A stretch of DNA of 64,000 nucleotides from Gammaproteobacteria bacterium (GTDB taxonomy: Bacteria; Pseudomonadota; Gammaproteobacteria; GCA-002705445; GCA-002716945), in NCBI GenBank assembly GCA_002716945.1, contig PBCF01000002.1, positions 482,374 through 546,373 of the forward strand. Reading direction: 5' to 3'. Both the position numbers and the translations under genes were made by a program. How positions within the stretch are numbered: the stretch's first letter is position 1; each line of letters opens with the position of its first letter. Of this stretch, positions 1-12,632 are shown one piece after another. The notes beneath the pieces are model-generated. The model made no database searches, was not told the DNA's origin, and worked only from the letters and a program-made list of their open reading frames with translations.

Positions 1-14
1 TGGCTGCGCTATAT

Positions 15-572
15 TTATAATTTAAATAAAATAAATATGATAATTACTATTAATGTAATAGGTATTAGATATTTGTTGAGATAAATAGTTATATCTTTTT
101 TATATCGGTCAGTTAGATACCCTATCAAAAAGAATCTCATCCCTCTTCCAACAAACGAAATCAGTACAAAAAGTATGAAATTGATTGACATCATTCCAGC
201 GGTAATTGTAAAAATTTTATATGGTATAGGAGTAAAACTAGCGAGAAAAAGTATTAAAACTCCATATTCTAAAAATATTACCTTTGAATCATTGAATTCA
301 GATAAATAACCAAAATTTACGATATAGGGCAGCACATAATCTATTAACGCAATACCAAGATAATATCCCACTACTCCCCCTAAAACTGAGAATACAGTAG
401 TTAATAAGGCAAGATTTATCCATTTAAATCTTTCAGTTATTATCATAGGAATAAGAAGTATGTCTGGAGGTATAGGAAAAAATATTGATTCAATAAAACT
501 AACAAACCCTAAGAAAAACTTAGAATTTGAATTATTAAATATCTGAACATATTTAGAAAATACTTCAGACAT
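15..572 (-). CDS. yqaA: YqaA family (DedA/SNARE-associated) membrane protein
   Basis: FIESIFFPIPPD and FTPIPYK motifs; hydrophobic; canonical surE-pcm-yqaA order. Confidence 0.88.
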   Translation of the reverse strand: MSEVFSKYVQIFNNSNSKFFLGFVSFIESIFFPIPPDILLIPMIITERFKWINLALLTTVFSVLGGVVGYYLGIALIDYVLPYIVNFGYLSEFNDSKVIFLEYGVLILFLASFTPIPYKIFTITAGMMSINFILFVLISFVGRGMRFFLIGYLTDRYKKDITIYLNKYLIPITLIVIIIFILFKL

Positions 573-576
573 AATT

Positions 577-1206
577 TTAGCTTTGTGTCCCTTCTAACAT
601 TGGAACGAAAAATACGTCATCAATTATTTTTTTTAATAAACCACTTTTATTTTTTTTAATCCTAAGTAATTTTTGTTTACCTTTGTCATTAAGCGGCATT
701 ATGATTCTACCTGAAGGTTTTAGTTGTTTAATTAAGATTTCTGGAATACTAGATGGTGATGCAGTAATCATTATTGCATCAAAAGGTGCATATAAATTTA
801 GTCCTTCAAATCCATCACCAAAAAAACATTCTATATTTTTATAATTCATATTCTTTAATAACTGAGAAGTTTTGTTATACAATGGCTTTATTCTTTCAAT
901 TGTATAAACTTTTTTAAAAAAATTTGAAAGAACTGCAGCTTGATAACCTGATCCAGTTCCAATTTCTAAGACTCTGTCCATGTTTTCCTCTTCAAGTATG
1001 ACTTGAGACATTTTTGCAACAATATATGGTTGAGATATAGTTTGATTATATCCAATAGGAAGAGGCTTATTTTCATACGCTCTATTTTTTAATACTGACT
1101 CTACAAATAAATGTCTTGGTGTGTTAACTATTGCAGCTATTATTTTCTTGTTAGCAATTCCTTGTTTCTTAAGCGTTTCAATTAGTTTTATTTGTGCTTC
1201 CGACAT
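577..1206 (-). CDS. pcm: Protein-L-isoaspartate O-methyltransferase
   Basis: PRHLFV, QTISQPYIVA, VLEIGTGSGYQAAVL, APFDAI motifs. Confidence 0.96.
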   Translation of the reverse strand: MSEAQIKLIETLKKQGIANKKIIAAIVNTPRHLFVESVLKNRAYENKPLPIGYNQTISQPYIVAKMSQVILEEENMDRVLEIGTGSGYQAAVLSNFFKKVYTIERIKPLYNKTSQLLKNMNYKNIECFFGDGFEGLNLYAPFDAIMITASPSSIPEILIKQLKPSGRIIMPLNDKGKQKLLRIKKNKSGLLKKIIDDVFFVPMLEGTQS

Positions 1207-1236
1207 AATTTGAGGTGCCTTATTCCCAGCTTCTCA

Positions 1237-1989
1237 TTATTTATAGAATTTGTCATATTTTTTTTTCAATTTATTGAGAATTTCTTTATCTGACATATCT
1301 ATGCTTAATGGGGTTATTGATATATATCCAGATCTTACTACATTAAAATCTGTAGCGCCTTTAATTATTTTTTCATTACCTACATCTCCAATATCGTAAT
1401 ATACACAATCATTTATTTTATGATATTTTTTTGATCTTTTTGGTATATTACGTCTGCCTAATTTAGTAAATTTAATTCCTTTTATTTTATTGAATGGGAG
1501 ATCAGGTATATTTATGTTGAAAATATTATTGTATTTATATAGTTTTTGAAAAAATAAATTCAATATTGGTGTTATCTTTAATGTGATATCAGATAAATAT
1601 TTTGGATTTTTTGAAGCAATAGATACAGCAACTGATGCATAATTACAAAATCGACCTTCTAAAGCAGCTGCTACTGTTCCAGAATATATAACATCATCTC
1701 CCATATTCTCACCAAAATTAATTCCTGAAAAAACAATATCAGGTAATTTTTTTAAAATTCCTCTAGTTACAATATGAACACTATCAGCAGGTGTTCCAAA
1801 AATCACATAATAATTTTTTTGTAATTTTTTTACTCGAATATTTTTATTAACAGAAAGATAACTACTACATGCACTTACATCTTTATGAGGAGCTGAAACT
1901 ATAACATTTCCATATGATTTTAATAGATTGTATAAAATCTTGATCCCTTTAGATTTATACCCATCATCATTAGATAATAAAATTTTCAA
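1237..1989 (-). CDS. surE: 5'/3'-nucleotidase SurE
   Basis: ILLSNDDG, GTPAD, SGINFGENMG, YSGTVAAA, ISITPL motifs; TTG start with AAGGA upstream. Confidence 0.95.
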   Translation of the reverse strand: MKILLSNDDGYKSKGIKILYNLLKSYGNVIVSAPHKDVSACSSYLSVNKNIRVKKLQKNYYVIFGTPADSVHIVTRGILKKLPDIVFSGINFGENMGDDVIYSGTVAAALEGRFCNYASVAVSIASKNPKYLSDITLKITPILNLFFQKLYKYNNIFNINIPDLPFNKIKGIKFTKLGRRNIPKRSKKYHKINDCVYYDIGDVGNEKIIKGATDFNVVRSGYISITPLSIDMSDKEILNKLKKKYDKFYK

Positions 1990-2049
1990 TAATTTTTCCT
2001 TGAAATCCCTTATAATAATATACTAATTATAAATATATTATATTGTTAA

Positions 2050-2547
2050 ATGCTAGAAAAAGATTATAAAATTCCAGAATTAGATAAGTGGTTGAAAGAG
2101 AATCCTGACCAAATTAAATCAGCAAAAAAAGAAAAAAAAGATTTAATTGAACTTGAAGAAAATTTTGAACCAGCAAGTTTTGATATAGAAAATCTAGAAT
2201 ATACAGAAATAGACGATCAATTTTCATACAAATCTAATGGTATTCAAACAAAAATACTAGAAAAATTAAAAAAAAATAAGAAGAATGAATTTGACTGCGT
2301 GGAAGATCTCCATGGTTTGACCAAAAGACAAGCAAAAACAAAATTAGATAATGTAATTAAAGAAGCAATAAGAAGAAAATATAAGAAAATTAAGATTATA
2401 TTTGGAAAAGGACATCATAGTCCTGGTATGTCAGAATTAATCAAAGTCGTAACATCTTATTGTATAAAGTCAAAACATATCAAAGTAGCATGTTCAGCTA
2501 AAAAAAATGATGGAGGGATTGGTGTTATCTATATTCAACTAGTATAA
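2050..2547 (+). CDS. Smr/MutS2 C-terminal domain protein
   Basis: DLHG, IIFGKG and GGIGVIYI motifs; divergent from surE. Confidence 0.85.
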   Translation: MLEKDYKIPELDKWLKENPDQIKSAKKEKKDLIELEENFEPASFDIENLEYTEIDDQFSYKSNGIQTKILEKLKKNKKNEFDCVEDLHGLTKRQAKTKLDNVIKEAIRRKYKKIKIIFGKGHHSPGMSELIKVVTSYCIKSKHIKVACSAKKNDGGIGVIYIQLV

Positions 2548-2556
2548 TTAATAAAT

Positions 2557-3057
2557 ATGAAAGAATTAAAAATAAAATTAATTACAATTTCTGACAGTAG
2601 AAATGAAAGTACTGATAAATCTGGAAAATTGTTAAAAAAGTTAATTGAAAAATCTGGTCATGATGTGATAGAAAAAATTATAGTGCCAGATGATATATAT
2701 GAAATCAGATATCAAATATCAAAATCTATTACTGATAAAAATATAGATGTTATTATTACAACCGGAGGTACTGGAATAACTGGAAGAGACGGAACGCCCG
2801 AAGCAGTAAAAGTCCTCCTTGACAAAGAAATTGATGGCTTTGGAGAAATCTTTAGATCATTATCTTACGAGAAAATAAAAACATCATCTCTACAAAGTAG
2901 AGCTTTAGCTGGTGTAGCGAATTCAACTTTTATATTTGTGCTGCCTGGTTCTAGTGATGCATGCTCTACAGCATGGGATAAAATTATTAGCCATCAACTT
3001 GATAGTGATACTAAACCATGTAATCTTGTTATGTTAATGCCCCGTCTTAAAGAATAA
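2557..3057 (+). CDS. moaB: Molybdenum cofactor biosynthesis protein B (MoaB/Mog family)
   Basis: TISDSR, TTGGTGITGRDGTPEA, IDGFGEIFR, LPGS motifs. Confidence 0.93.
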   Translation: MKELKIKLITISDSRNESTDKSGKLLKKLIEKSGHDVIEKIIVPDDIYEIRYQISKSITDKNIDVIITTGGTGITGRDGTPEAVKVLLDKEIDGFGEIFRSLSYEKIKTSSLQSRALAGVANSTFIFVLPGSSDACSTAWDKIISHQLDSDTKPCNLVMLMPRLKE

Positions 3058-3058
3058 A

Positions 3059-3580
3059 TTATAAACTTTCCACTTCTTTAGCTTCTGGTAGCTCACTTAA
3101 AGATTTTAAATTAAAATAATCTAAAAATTTCTTTGTGGTAGCAAGTAACTCTGGTTTGCCCGGTGATTCTTTATGGCCAATAACTTTAATCCATTCATGT
3201 TCAATTAAATTTCGTATTATATTTGGATTTACAGTTATTCCTCTTATTTCTTCTATATCTCCTCTAGTAACAGGTTGTCTATATGCAATTATTACAAGGG
3301 TTTCAAGAAATGCTTTTGAATACCTATTAGAAGTTTGACTAGAAAGTTTACTAATCCATTCTTCATAACCTGCTTTTACTTGCACTCTATATCCACTAGC
3401 AACATTTATTATCTCGAACGACCTATCAGTGTAATCCTTATTTAATTCATCGATGATAGATTTTATTTGATTTTTTGTAGGCTTATCAGAATCGAATAGA
3501 CCTATTAATTGCTGAAATGTAAGTGGCTCATTTGATGAAAAAAGAGCGCTCTCTATTATTTTCTTGAGAGGTTTATTCAT
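3059..3580 (-). CDS. scpB: SMC-Scp complex subunit ScpB
   Basis: IESALF, ETLVIIAYRQPVTRGDIEEIRG, FLDYFNLKSLSELP. Confidence 0.95.
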   Translation of the reverse strand: MNKPLKKIIESALFSSNEPLTFQQLIGLFDSDKPTKNQIKSIIDELNKDYTDRSFEIINVASGYRVQVKAGYEEWISKLSSQTSNRYSKAFLETLVIIAYRQPVTRGDIEEIRGITVNPNIIRNLIEHEWIKVIGHKESPGKPELLATTKKFLDYFNLKSLSELPEAKEVESL

Positions 3581-4368
3581 TCTTTTATTATTTTAGACTG
3601 AAGATAAATCATAGAAAAGTTTTCATTTTGAATAATATCTATTAAATTTTCTTTAACTAATTCGAGAATAGCCAAAAATGTTACAATTACCCCCATCCTT
3701 CCTTCTTTAAAATTAAAACAATCAATAAAACTCATCATATTTTTAGAATTTAGAGCATCTATTATTGAAGTCATTCTCTCTCTAACTGATAATTTTTCAG
3801 CTTCAATATTATGCGAGGCGAATATTTCTGCTCTTCTTAAAACTTCTTGAAATGCTTTTTCTAACTCATCAATTTCAATTGTGGGCATCTTTTGAACATG
3901 TTTGAAATGTGTCATAATGCCAGACACAACGTAAGTATCTCTATTTACCCGAGGTATTTCATTAATTTCTTCTGACAAGTTTTTATATTTCTGATACTCA
4001 AGTAACCGTTTAATTAAGTTAGCTCGCGGATCATCTTCTTCGTCATCTTCTTCATCTACTGGGATTAACATTCTTGATTTAATTTCAGTTAATGTAGAAG
4101 CCATAACAAGATAATCAGCTGCTAATTCAAACTGCATCTTTTCCATCATGTTTATATACTCAATATATTGTTCAGTAATTGGTAATATTGGAATATCAAC
4201 AATATCAATATTTTGTTTTTTTATTAAATATAATAATAGATCTAATGGACCTTCAAATTCTTCTAAAATAATCGTTAATGCATCTGGTGGAATGAACAAA
4301 TCCTCAGGAATATCTGTTATAGATTTTCCTTGTATTTTTGCAGTGAATTCATGATTTATAGCATTCAT
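3577..4368 (-). CDS. scpA: Segregation/condensation protein ScpA
   Basis: FEGPLDLLLYLIKKQ, AADYLVMA..L..IKSR, VTFLAILEL. Confidence 0.95.
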   Translation of the reverse strand: MNAINHEFTAKIQGKSITDIPEDLFIPPDALTIILEEFEGPLDLLLYLIKKQNIDIVDIPILPITEQYIEYINMMEKMQFELAADYLVMASTLTEIKSRMLIPVDEEDDEEDDPRANLIKRLLEYQKYKNLSEEINEIPRVNRDTYVVSGIMTHFKHVQKMPTIEIDELEKAFQEVLRRAEIFASHNIEAEKLSVRERMTSIIDALNSKNMMSFIDCFNFKEGRMGVIVTFLAILELVKENLIDIIQNENFSMIYLQSKIIKE

Positions 4369-4373
4369 AATAC

Positions 4374-5372
4374 TTACATCATACCTATAATTTTTTTAGT
4401 TTCTTTGATCGTATAAGACGCAATATTTTTTGCTCTTTCTGCTCCTACTTTTAATATATCATCTAAATATGATTTATCCTTAAACAATTTTTTTGAATTT
4501 TTGGAAATTGGTTCAATTGTATTGATTATTACATCTGCTAAATCTTTTTTAAAATCCGCTATATTTTTCAAAGCAAACTTTTCAATAGTAGCTTCTTTAC
4601 TTAAATTATTACACACAGAATATATATTGATTAGATTATTAATTTCTGGCCTAGACATGGATGAGTCTATGTTTTCAGGCATTTTCATACTATCAGTTTT
4701 TGCTTTCATTACTTTTTTAATAATTTCATCGTTACTATCTTTAATCATTATTCTAGAAAATTCTGATACGTCTGATTTGCTCATTTTATTCCTGGCATCT
4801 CTTAAACTCATTATCCTGGTTGCGTTTTTATTCATGATTGGAACTGGTAATTTAAAAAAATCTACCTTATAGTCATTATTAAATTTTTGAGCTATATCTC
4901 TTGCTAGCTCAAGATGTTGTTTTTGGTCATCACCAACAGGTACTTGATTGGCTTTATATAATAATATGTCAGCGGCCATTAATATTGGATATGTATAAAG
5001 ACCTACTGACGCTGTATCTTTGTTTTTTCCAACTTTATCTTTAAATTGTGTCATTCTGTTTAGCCATCCGACACGAGCTGTACACCCTAATAGCCATGCC
5101 AATTCACTATGTTCCGAGACTTTTGATTGGTTGAAAATTATATTTTTGTCAGGATCTAAACCTGCAGCTAAAAATATTGATAAAACTTCATGGATGTTAT
5201 TTCTTAATAGATTGGGATCCTGCCATACTGTGATTGCATGAAGATCAACGATAGAATATATACATTCATGGGAATCTTGAAAATCTACGAACTGTTTAAC
5301 GGCACCAAAATAATTACCAATATGAATATCACCGCTAGGTTGTACCCCTGAAAAGACTATCTTTTTACTCAT
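4374..5372 (-). CDS. trpS: Tryptophan--tRNA ligase
   Basis: SGVQPSG, HIGN and KMSKS class I motifs; VPVGDDQKQH. Confidence 0.97.
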   Translation of the reverse strand: MSKKIVFSGVQPSGDIHIGNYFGAVKQFVDFQDSHECIYSIVDLHAITVWQDPNLLRNNIHEVLSIFLAAGLDPDKNIIFNQSKVSEHSELAWLLGCTARVGWLNRMTQFKDKVGKNKDTASVGLYTYPILMAADILLYKANQVPVGDDQKQHLELARDIAQKFNNDYKVDFFKLPVPIMNKNATRIMSLRDARNKMSKSDVSEFSRIMIKDSNDEIIKKVMKAKTDSMKMPENIDSSMSRPEINNLINIYSVCNNLSKEATIEKFALKNIADFKKDLADVIINTIEPISKNSKKLFKDKSYLDDILKVGAERAKNIASYTIKETKKIIGMM

Positions 5373-5464
5373 TTAGTATTTCCAAATCTATTTAAATTCT
5401 ATCATAAACAACAAAAACAAACATGATTAATGTATATTTGGTGTATATAAATTATAATATTAAA

Positions 5465-5734
5465 ATGTCAGAAAAAAGAATAAATCTTATCAAAGAAAGT
5501 CTGAATCAACTAAATCCAACTGAAATTGAAATTATTGATCAAGGCCATCTACATGTAGGCCATGTAGGAGCTAAACAAGGTGGGCATTTTGATTTATATA
5601 TTTCATCAAAAAACTTTGATGGATTGAATACACTTCAACGTCACCAATTAATATATGAGTGTCTCGCTGAATTAATGAAAACTGAAATACACGCTTTATC
5701 TATCAAACGTGCTGCTAGTCCAAATGACAATTAG
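5465..5734 (+). CDS. bolA: BolA family protein
   Basis: GHLHVGH, HF..ISSKNFDG..RHQLIY, IHALSI; start moved to ATG 5465 (ORF track starts at 5423). Confidence 0.88.
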   Translation: MSEKRINLIKESLNQLNPTEIEIIDQGHLHVGHVGAKQGGHFDLYISSKNFDGLNTLQRHQLIYECLAELMKTEIHALSIKRAASPNDN

Positions 5735-6194
5735 ATAGAATTTTTTGATAAACAAGAGCATCTTCTCTTTTTTCACCAGCTTGATAATAATTTTTTCTGA
5801 TTCCTATTTTATTAAAATTATATTTTTTATATAAATTAATTGCTGGATTATTATTTTTTCTAGTTTCTAGTATGATAGTATTTGAATTCCTATTCTTTGA
5901 TTCATTAATTACTAATTCCATAAATTCAGAAGCTAGACCATTTCTACGATACTTTTCTTTGACAGTTAAATTTAAAATATGTGTTTCTGAAGGCATAATT
6001 TGAAATATAATATATCCAATTAAATAAAATTCCTTAACAGCAACATAACAATTATATTGATATAATATGCAGTCTTTGATAATTTTTTTTGACCATGGAT
6101 ATTCATATACTTCATTTTCTAGAGAATCAACAGTATTTAAATCTAAGAGATTCATTGGCCTGATATTAATTAAATTTGATGGGTTAGCCGACAT
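5715..6194 (-). CDS. rimI: Ribosomal protein S18 alanine N-acetyltransferase
   Basis: YPWS, ETHILNLTV..RRNGLA, LETRKNN..AINLY, RKNYY. Confidence 0.9.
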   Translation of the reverse strand: MSANPSNLINIRPMNLLDLNTVDSLENEVYEYPWSKKIIKDCILYQYNCYVAVKEFYLIGYIIFQIMPSETHILNLTVKEKYRRNGLASEFMELVINESKNRNSNTIILETRKNNNPAINLYKKYNFNKIGIRKNYYQAGEKREDALVYQKILSNCHLD

Positions 6195-6834
6195 TTTTAG
6201 TAAAAACGTTCTTCATATAATTTAAATCGTCCCATACTTTAGATTTTTCGCTAGGGCTTCTTAGCAAATATGCTGGATGATAAAATACTACCACAGGTAT
6301 TTTGTTTGCTTTGTAGTAATATGTCTTCTGCCTTAATTCCGACATTGGTAAATCTAAATTAAGTAATCTATCAGCAGCAACCTTACCTAATAAGATTATT
6401 AAATGGGGCTTAATGATCTCAATTTGACTTTCTAAATAATTTGAACATGCATCAACCTCTTCTTTTGAAGGATTTCTATTATCAGGGGGTCTGCATTTTA
6501 CAGTATTAGTAATATATACATCAGATCTTTGAATGTTTATAGATTTAAGTATTTCTGTTAATAGTTTACCCGCCCTACCAACAAATGGTTTTCCTTGTTT
6601 GTCCTCATCTCTTCCAGGTGCTTCACCTATGATTAAAATATTTGATTGTAATAGACCATCACCAAAAACTGTTTGTGTTCTACCATTATGAAGAGAGCAT
6701 TTAGTGCAATTTTCAACTTGTAAAGACAACTCATCAATAGTGTCTGAGTGAAGAAAATTTATAGTTTTTTTATTTTTTTTATACCAAAATACCTCAATGC
6801 CCATTTCATCGAAATACTTTGAGGTTTTATGCAC
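6184..6834 (-). CDS. Uracil-DNA glycosylase family 4 (4Fe-4S)
   Basis: [34 protein letters not shown]. Confidence 0.93.
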   Translation of the reverse strand: MHKTSKYFDEMGIEVFWYKKNKKTINFLHSDTIDELSLQVENCTKCSLHNGRTQTVFGDGLLQSNILIIGEAPGRDEDKQGKPFVGRAGKLLTEILKSINIQRSDVYITNTVKCRPPDNRNPSKEEVDACSNYLESQIEIIKPHLIILLGKVAADRLLNLDLPMSELRQKTYYYKANKIPVVVFYHPAYLLRSPSEKSKVWDDLNYMKNVFTKNVG

Positions 6835-6835
6835 T

Positions 6836-8377
6836 TTATATACCTCTTTTTTTTGTGGCTGATAAATCAGGATTTTGTTGGAGTTTATTTAAGGCGTTAA
6901 TGAATGCAAGTACTGATGCTTTTACTATATCTGTATCAGCTCCATGCCCATTAACTATTGTATTATTTTTAGTTATCCTTACTGTAACTTCACCTTGAGC
7001 ATCAGTTCCAGTTGTTATGTTGTTGACTGAATAAAGAACAAGTTTACATCCGCTATTAACAATTTTTTCTATTGCATTGTAAGCTGCATCTACCGCACCA
7101 TCTCCTTCGCATTTTGATTCCTTAACTTCACCATCTACTTCTAGCTTAATTTCGGCCGCAGGCTTATGTCCACTTTCAGTGGAAACTTTCATATACTTGA
7201 ATTGAATTATGTCGCCAGTTAATTCTTGTTTGTTTGAGAGTCTTATAATGTCTTCATCAAAAATATCATGTTTTTTATCTGCTAATTCTTTAAACGCAAA
7301 AAATAATTGATCTAATTCATTGTCATCTAAATATTCTATATTTAATTCTTTAAGTTTTTGTTTGAACGCATTTCTTCCAGAATGTTTACCTAATACAAGT
7401 GAATTGCTTACTAAACCAACATCTTCTGCTCTCATAATTTCATATGTTTCTCTTGATTTAATTACACCATCCTGATGTATTCCTGATTCATGTGCAAATG
7501 CATTTTTACCCACGATAGCTTTATTTGGTTGAACTGGAAATCCAGTAATGCTAGAAACTAAACGTGAACACTTCATAATTTTCTTGCTTTTTATGTTCGT
7601 ATCGCATTTAAAAATATCTTGTCTTGTTCTAACTGTCATAACAATTTCTTCTAAAGCCGCATTGCCTGCTCTCTCGCCTAACCCATTGATAGTACATTCG
7701 ATCTGTCTAGCTCCATTCAATACTGATGATAGAGAATTTGCTACAGCTAATCCAAGATCATTATGACAGTGAACTGAAAAAATTGCATTATTTGAGTTTT
7801 TTACATTGGAAAGAATATTTTTAATAAGATTACCAAATTGATGCGGTAAGTTATAACCAACTGTATCAGGGATATTGATGGTTGTAGCTCCCGCATTAAT
7901 TGCGTGTTCTATTACTTTGCATAAAAAATCAAGATCCGATCTACCTGCATCTTCTGGTGAAAATTCTACATCATCAGTGAAAGTTTTTGCAATTTTAATG
8001 GCAGAAGTTGCTCTTTCTATTACTTCGCTTGGTGTCATTTTAAGTTTTTTCTCCATGTGAATAGGCGAAGTTGCAATAAAGGTATGTATTCTTTTTTTAC
8101 TAGCATGTTTTAACGCTTCGGAAGCTGCTATTATATCTTTATCTAAAGCTCTAGCTAGCGCACAAACAGTTGACTTCTTAATAGCTTTAGAAACTTCAGA
8201 AACTGCCTTAAAATCTCCTTTGCTTGCAATTGGAAAACCAGCTTCTATTACATCAACATTAAGCTCTTCAAGAGCCTTTGCAATTTGAACTTTTTCATCA
8301 ATATCCATAGAGGCGCCAGGACTTTGTTCGCCATCTCGCAATGTAGTATCAAAAATTATAAGATTTTCTCTATTCAT
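6836..8377 (-). CDS. leuA: 2-isopropylmalate synthase
   Basis: DTTLRDGEQ, HCHNDLG, GLGERAGNA, HESGIHQDG, C-terminal regulatory domain. Confidence 0.97.
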   Translation of the reverse strand: MNRENLIIFDTTLRDGEQSPGASMDIDEKVQIAKALEELNVDVIEAGFPIASKGDFKAVSEVSKAIKKSTVCALARALDKDIIAASEALKHASKKRIHTFIATSPIHMEKKLKMTPSEVIERATSAIKIAKTFTDDVEFSPEDAGRSDLDFLCKVIEHAINAGATTINIPDTVGYNLPHQFGNLIKNILSNVKNSNNAIFSVHCHNDLGLAVANSLSSVLNGARQIECTINGLGERAGNAALEEIVMTVRTRQDIFKCDTNIKSKKIMKCSRLVSSITGFPVQPNKAIVGKNAFAHESGIHQDGVIKSRETYEIMRAEDVGLVSNSLVLGKHSGRNAFKQKLKELNIEYLDDNELDQLFFAFKELADKKHDIFDEDIIRLSNKQELTGDIIQFKYMKVSTESGHKPAAEIKLEVDGEVKESKCEGDGAVDAAYNAIEKIVNSGCKLVLYSVNNITTGTDAQGEVTVRITKNNTIVNGHGADTDIVKASVLAFINALNKLQQNPDLSATKKRGI

Positions 8378-8400
8378 AACAGTAATAAGGATATAGTAAT

Positions 8401-8428
8401 TACTGAAATTAGTTAAATAATTTCAGCA
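8401..8428 (-). promoter_or_regulatory. Stem-loop in the leuA 5' leader
   Basis: Minus strand CTGAAATTA-TTTAAC-TAATTTCAG is a perfect 9-bp stem, extendable by G-U and U-A pairs; no U-tract follows. Confidence 0.5.
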
Positions 8429-8477
8429 GAAGAACGTCTAAGAAGTGTTCATTATTTGATGTGATATAAATCAACAT
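8409..8477 (-). CDS. Putative leu leader peptide MLIYITSNNEHFLDVLLLKLFN
   Basis: 22-aa ORF read by hand upstream of leuA; six Leu codons including tandem CTT CTG CTG overlapping the 5' arm of the stem-loop; no Shine-Dalgarno. Confidence 0.35.
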   Translation of the reverse strand: MLIYITSNNEHFLDVLLLKLFN

Positions 8478-8484
8478 AATACAA

Positions 8485-8512
8485 ACTGTATCTTAAATTG
8501 CTAAATTTGCAA
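8485..8512 (-). promoter_or_regulatory. Candidate sigma70 promoter for the leuA leader
   Basis: TTGCAA-N16-TACAGT, 7 nt upstream of the leader ATG. Confidence 0.35.
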
Positions 8513-8515
8513 GTA

Positions 8516-10826
<2,311 letters not shown>

Positions 10827-10827
10827 T

Positions 10828-12555
10828 TTATGCTAACTCTGTGTCTTCATTGGTTGGTGACAAGTGCATTTCATGATGTCCTTTCCCACTCTGTATCATA
10901 GGATAAACATTTTCAGTTTGATCGGTTATTACATCTATAAATACAAGTTTATTTTTTATATTTAAAGCATCCTTTAACATAGTGTCTAATTGCTCTGGTT
11001 TATCAATTCTTACTCCAACATGTCCAAAGCTTTCAGCTAATTTTGAAAAATCAGGAATAGCATCTACATAAGACATTGCATATCTTCCTTCATAAAAAAA
11101 TTCTTGCCATTGTCTCACCATTCCCATGTATCTATTATTTAAATTGACAATTTTTATAGGCAATCTATATTGCAAACAAGTGGATAATTCTTGAATACAC
11201 ATTAATATGCTCGCTTCACCCGTAACACACACAACATTAGATTTAGGGAATGCTAATTGAGCTCCCATTGCTGCAGGCAATCCAAATCCCATAGTACCTA
11301 AACCACCAGAATTGATCCATCTGTTTGGTTTATCAAATTTATAATACTGCGCTACCCACATTTGATGCTGTCCTACATCAGAAGTAACATATGCATCTCC
11401 TTGTGTAAATTCGTATAATTTTTCAATAACTAACTGGGGTTTTATTATTTTATTTGATTTAGTGTATGCTAAACATTTCTTTTTTTTCCATTTATTAATT
11501 TTATTCCACCATTTATCTATTGAAGAATAATCAATTTTTTTTATGTGTCTTGTTATGTAGCTATTTAATTTTTTCAGTATCGACGCTGTCTCACCTATAA
11601 GAGAAAGATCGACTTGTATGATTTTTGATATAGATGATGGATCAATATCAATATGAATAATTTTTGCTTTTGGACAAAATTTAGATGTATCTCCAGTTAC
11701 TCTGTCGTCAAATCTAGCTCCTATAGCTAACAATACATCACATTCATGCATAGCCATGTTTGCTTCATATGTACCATGCATTCCTAACATTCCAAGAAAT
11801 TCTTGATTTGAGGATGGGAAGCCACCTAATCCCATAAGTGTGCTGGTTATAGGATACTTCAACTTTTTTACAAGTTGATGTAATTGCTTGTCCGCTTTAC
11901 CTAATATTATTCCGCCGCCAGTATAAATCATTGGTTTTTTTGCATTACAAATTAATTCAGCTGCTTGTTGAATTTTTATATCATTTTCTTTTTTTTGTGG
12001 TTTATATGATCTAATATTTATTTTCTTTGGATAATTAAAAGGAATTTTAACGTTTGGATCTGTTAAATCTTTAGGAATATCAATTAAAACTGGTCCCGGT
12101 CTGCCAGATGTAGCTATTATAAAAGCCTTTTTAAAAGTCTCTGCAATTGAATTTATATCATCAATCAAAAAATTATGTTTCGTGATAGGTCTTGTTATTC
12201 CGGTAGCGTCTGCTTCTTGAAATGCATCACTGCCAACATATTGTCTGGAAACTTGTCCAGAAATAACAATCATAGGTATTGAGTCCATATGTGCAGTGGC
12301 TAGTCCTGTAACACAATTTGTGATACCTGGGCCCGATGTTACAAGAACAATTCCAGGTTTATTGCATGCTCTTGCATATCCATCTGCTGCATGTGTAGCT
12401 CCTTGTTCGTGTCTAACTAAAACATGTTTAATCTCTTTATCTTTAAATAGTGCATCATAAATATGCAAAACAGCGCCACCAGGATAGCCAAAAATATATT
12501 TAACTTTCTCCTTTTTCAAGCATTCAATAATTATTTCTGATCCACTTAATTTCAT
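10828..12555 (-). CDS. ilvI: Acetolactate synthase large subunit
   Basis: FGYPGGA, RHEQGA, TSGPG, GMLGMHG, DVGQHQMW, GGLGTMG. Confidence 0.97.
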   Translation of the reverse strand: MKLSGSEIIIECLKKEKVKYIFGYPGGAVLHIYDALFKDKEIKHVLVRHEQGATHAADGYARACNKPGIVLVTSGPGITNCVTGLATAHMDSIPMIVISGQVSRQYVGSDAFQEADATGITRPITKHNFLIDDINSIAETFKKAFIIATSGRPGPVLIDIPKDLTDPNVKIPFNYPKKINIRSYKPQKKENDIKIQQAAELICNAKKPMIYTGGGIILGKADKQLHQLVKKLKYPITSTLMGLGGFPSSNQEFLGMLGMHGTYEANMAMHECDVLLAIGARFDDRVTGDTSKFCPKAKIIHIDIDPSSISKIIQVDLSLIGETASILKKLNSYITRHIKKIDYSSIDKWWNKINKWKKKKCLAYTKSNKIIKPQLVIEKLYEFTQGDAYVTSDVGQHQMWVAQYYKFDKPNRWINSGGLGTMGFGLPAAMGAQLAFPKSNVVCVTGEASILMCIQELSTCLQYRLPIKIVNLNNRYMGMVRQWQEFFYEGRYAMSYVDAIPDFSKLAESFGHVGVRIDKPEQLDTMLKDALNIKNKLVFIDVITDQTENVYPMIQSGKGHHEMHLSPTNEDTELA

Positions 12556-12632
12556 ATAACCTCAATAATTTGTACATAATACATGTTTTTATGTGATTGG
12601 GCACGTTTTATATATATTTCAATAGCTTATAT

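Noticed and set aside
1207-1236. Relatively GC-rich 30-bp surE-pcm spacer as an sRNA or N-terminal extension
   Set aside because: An in-frame TGA blocks extension, Pcm aligns from the given ATG, and no stable structure is evident
12552-12584. 10-codon uORF MYYVQIIEVI overlapping the ilvI start (ATGA)
   Set aside because: Ile/Val-rich like an ilv leader, but very short, with no hairpin or SD, and Ile/Val codons are common by chance in AT-rich DNA
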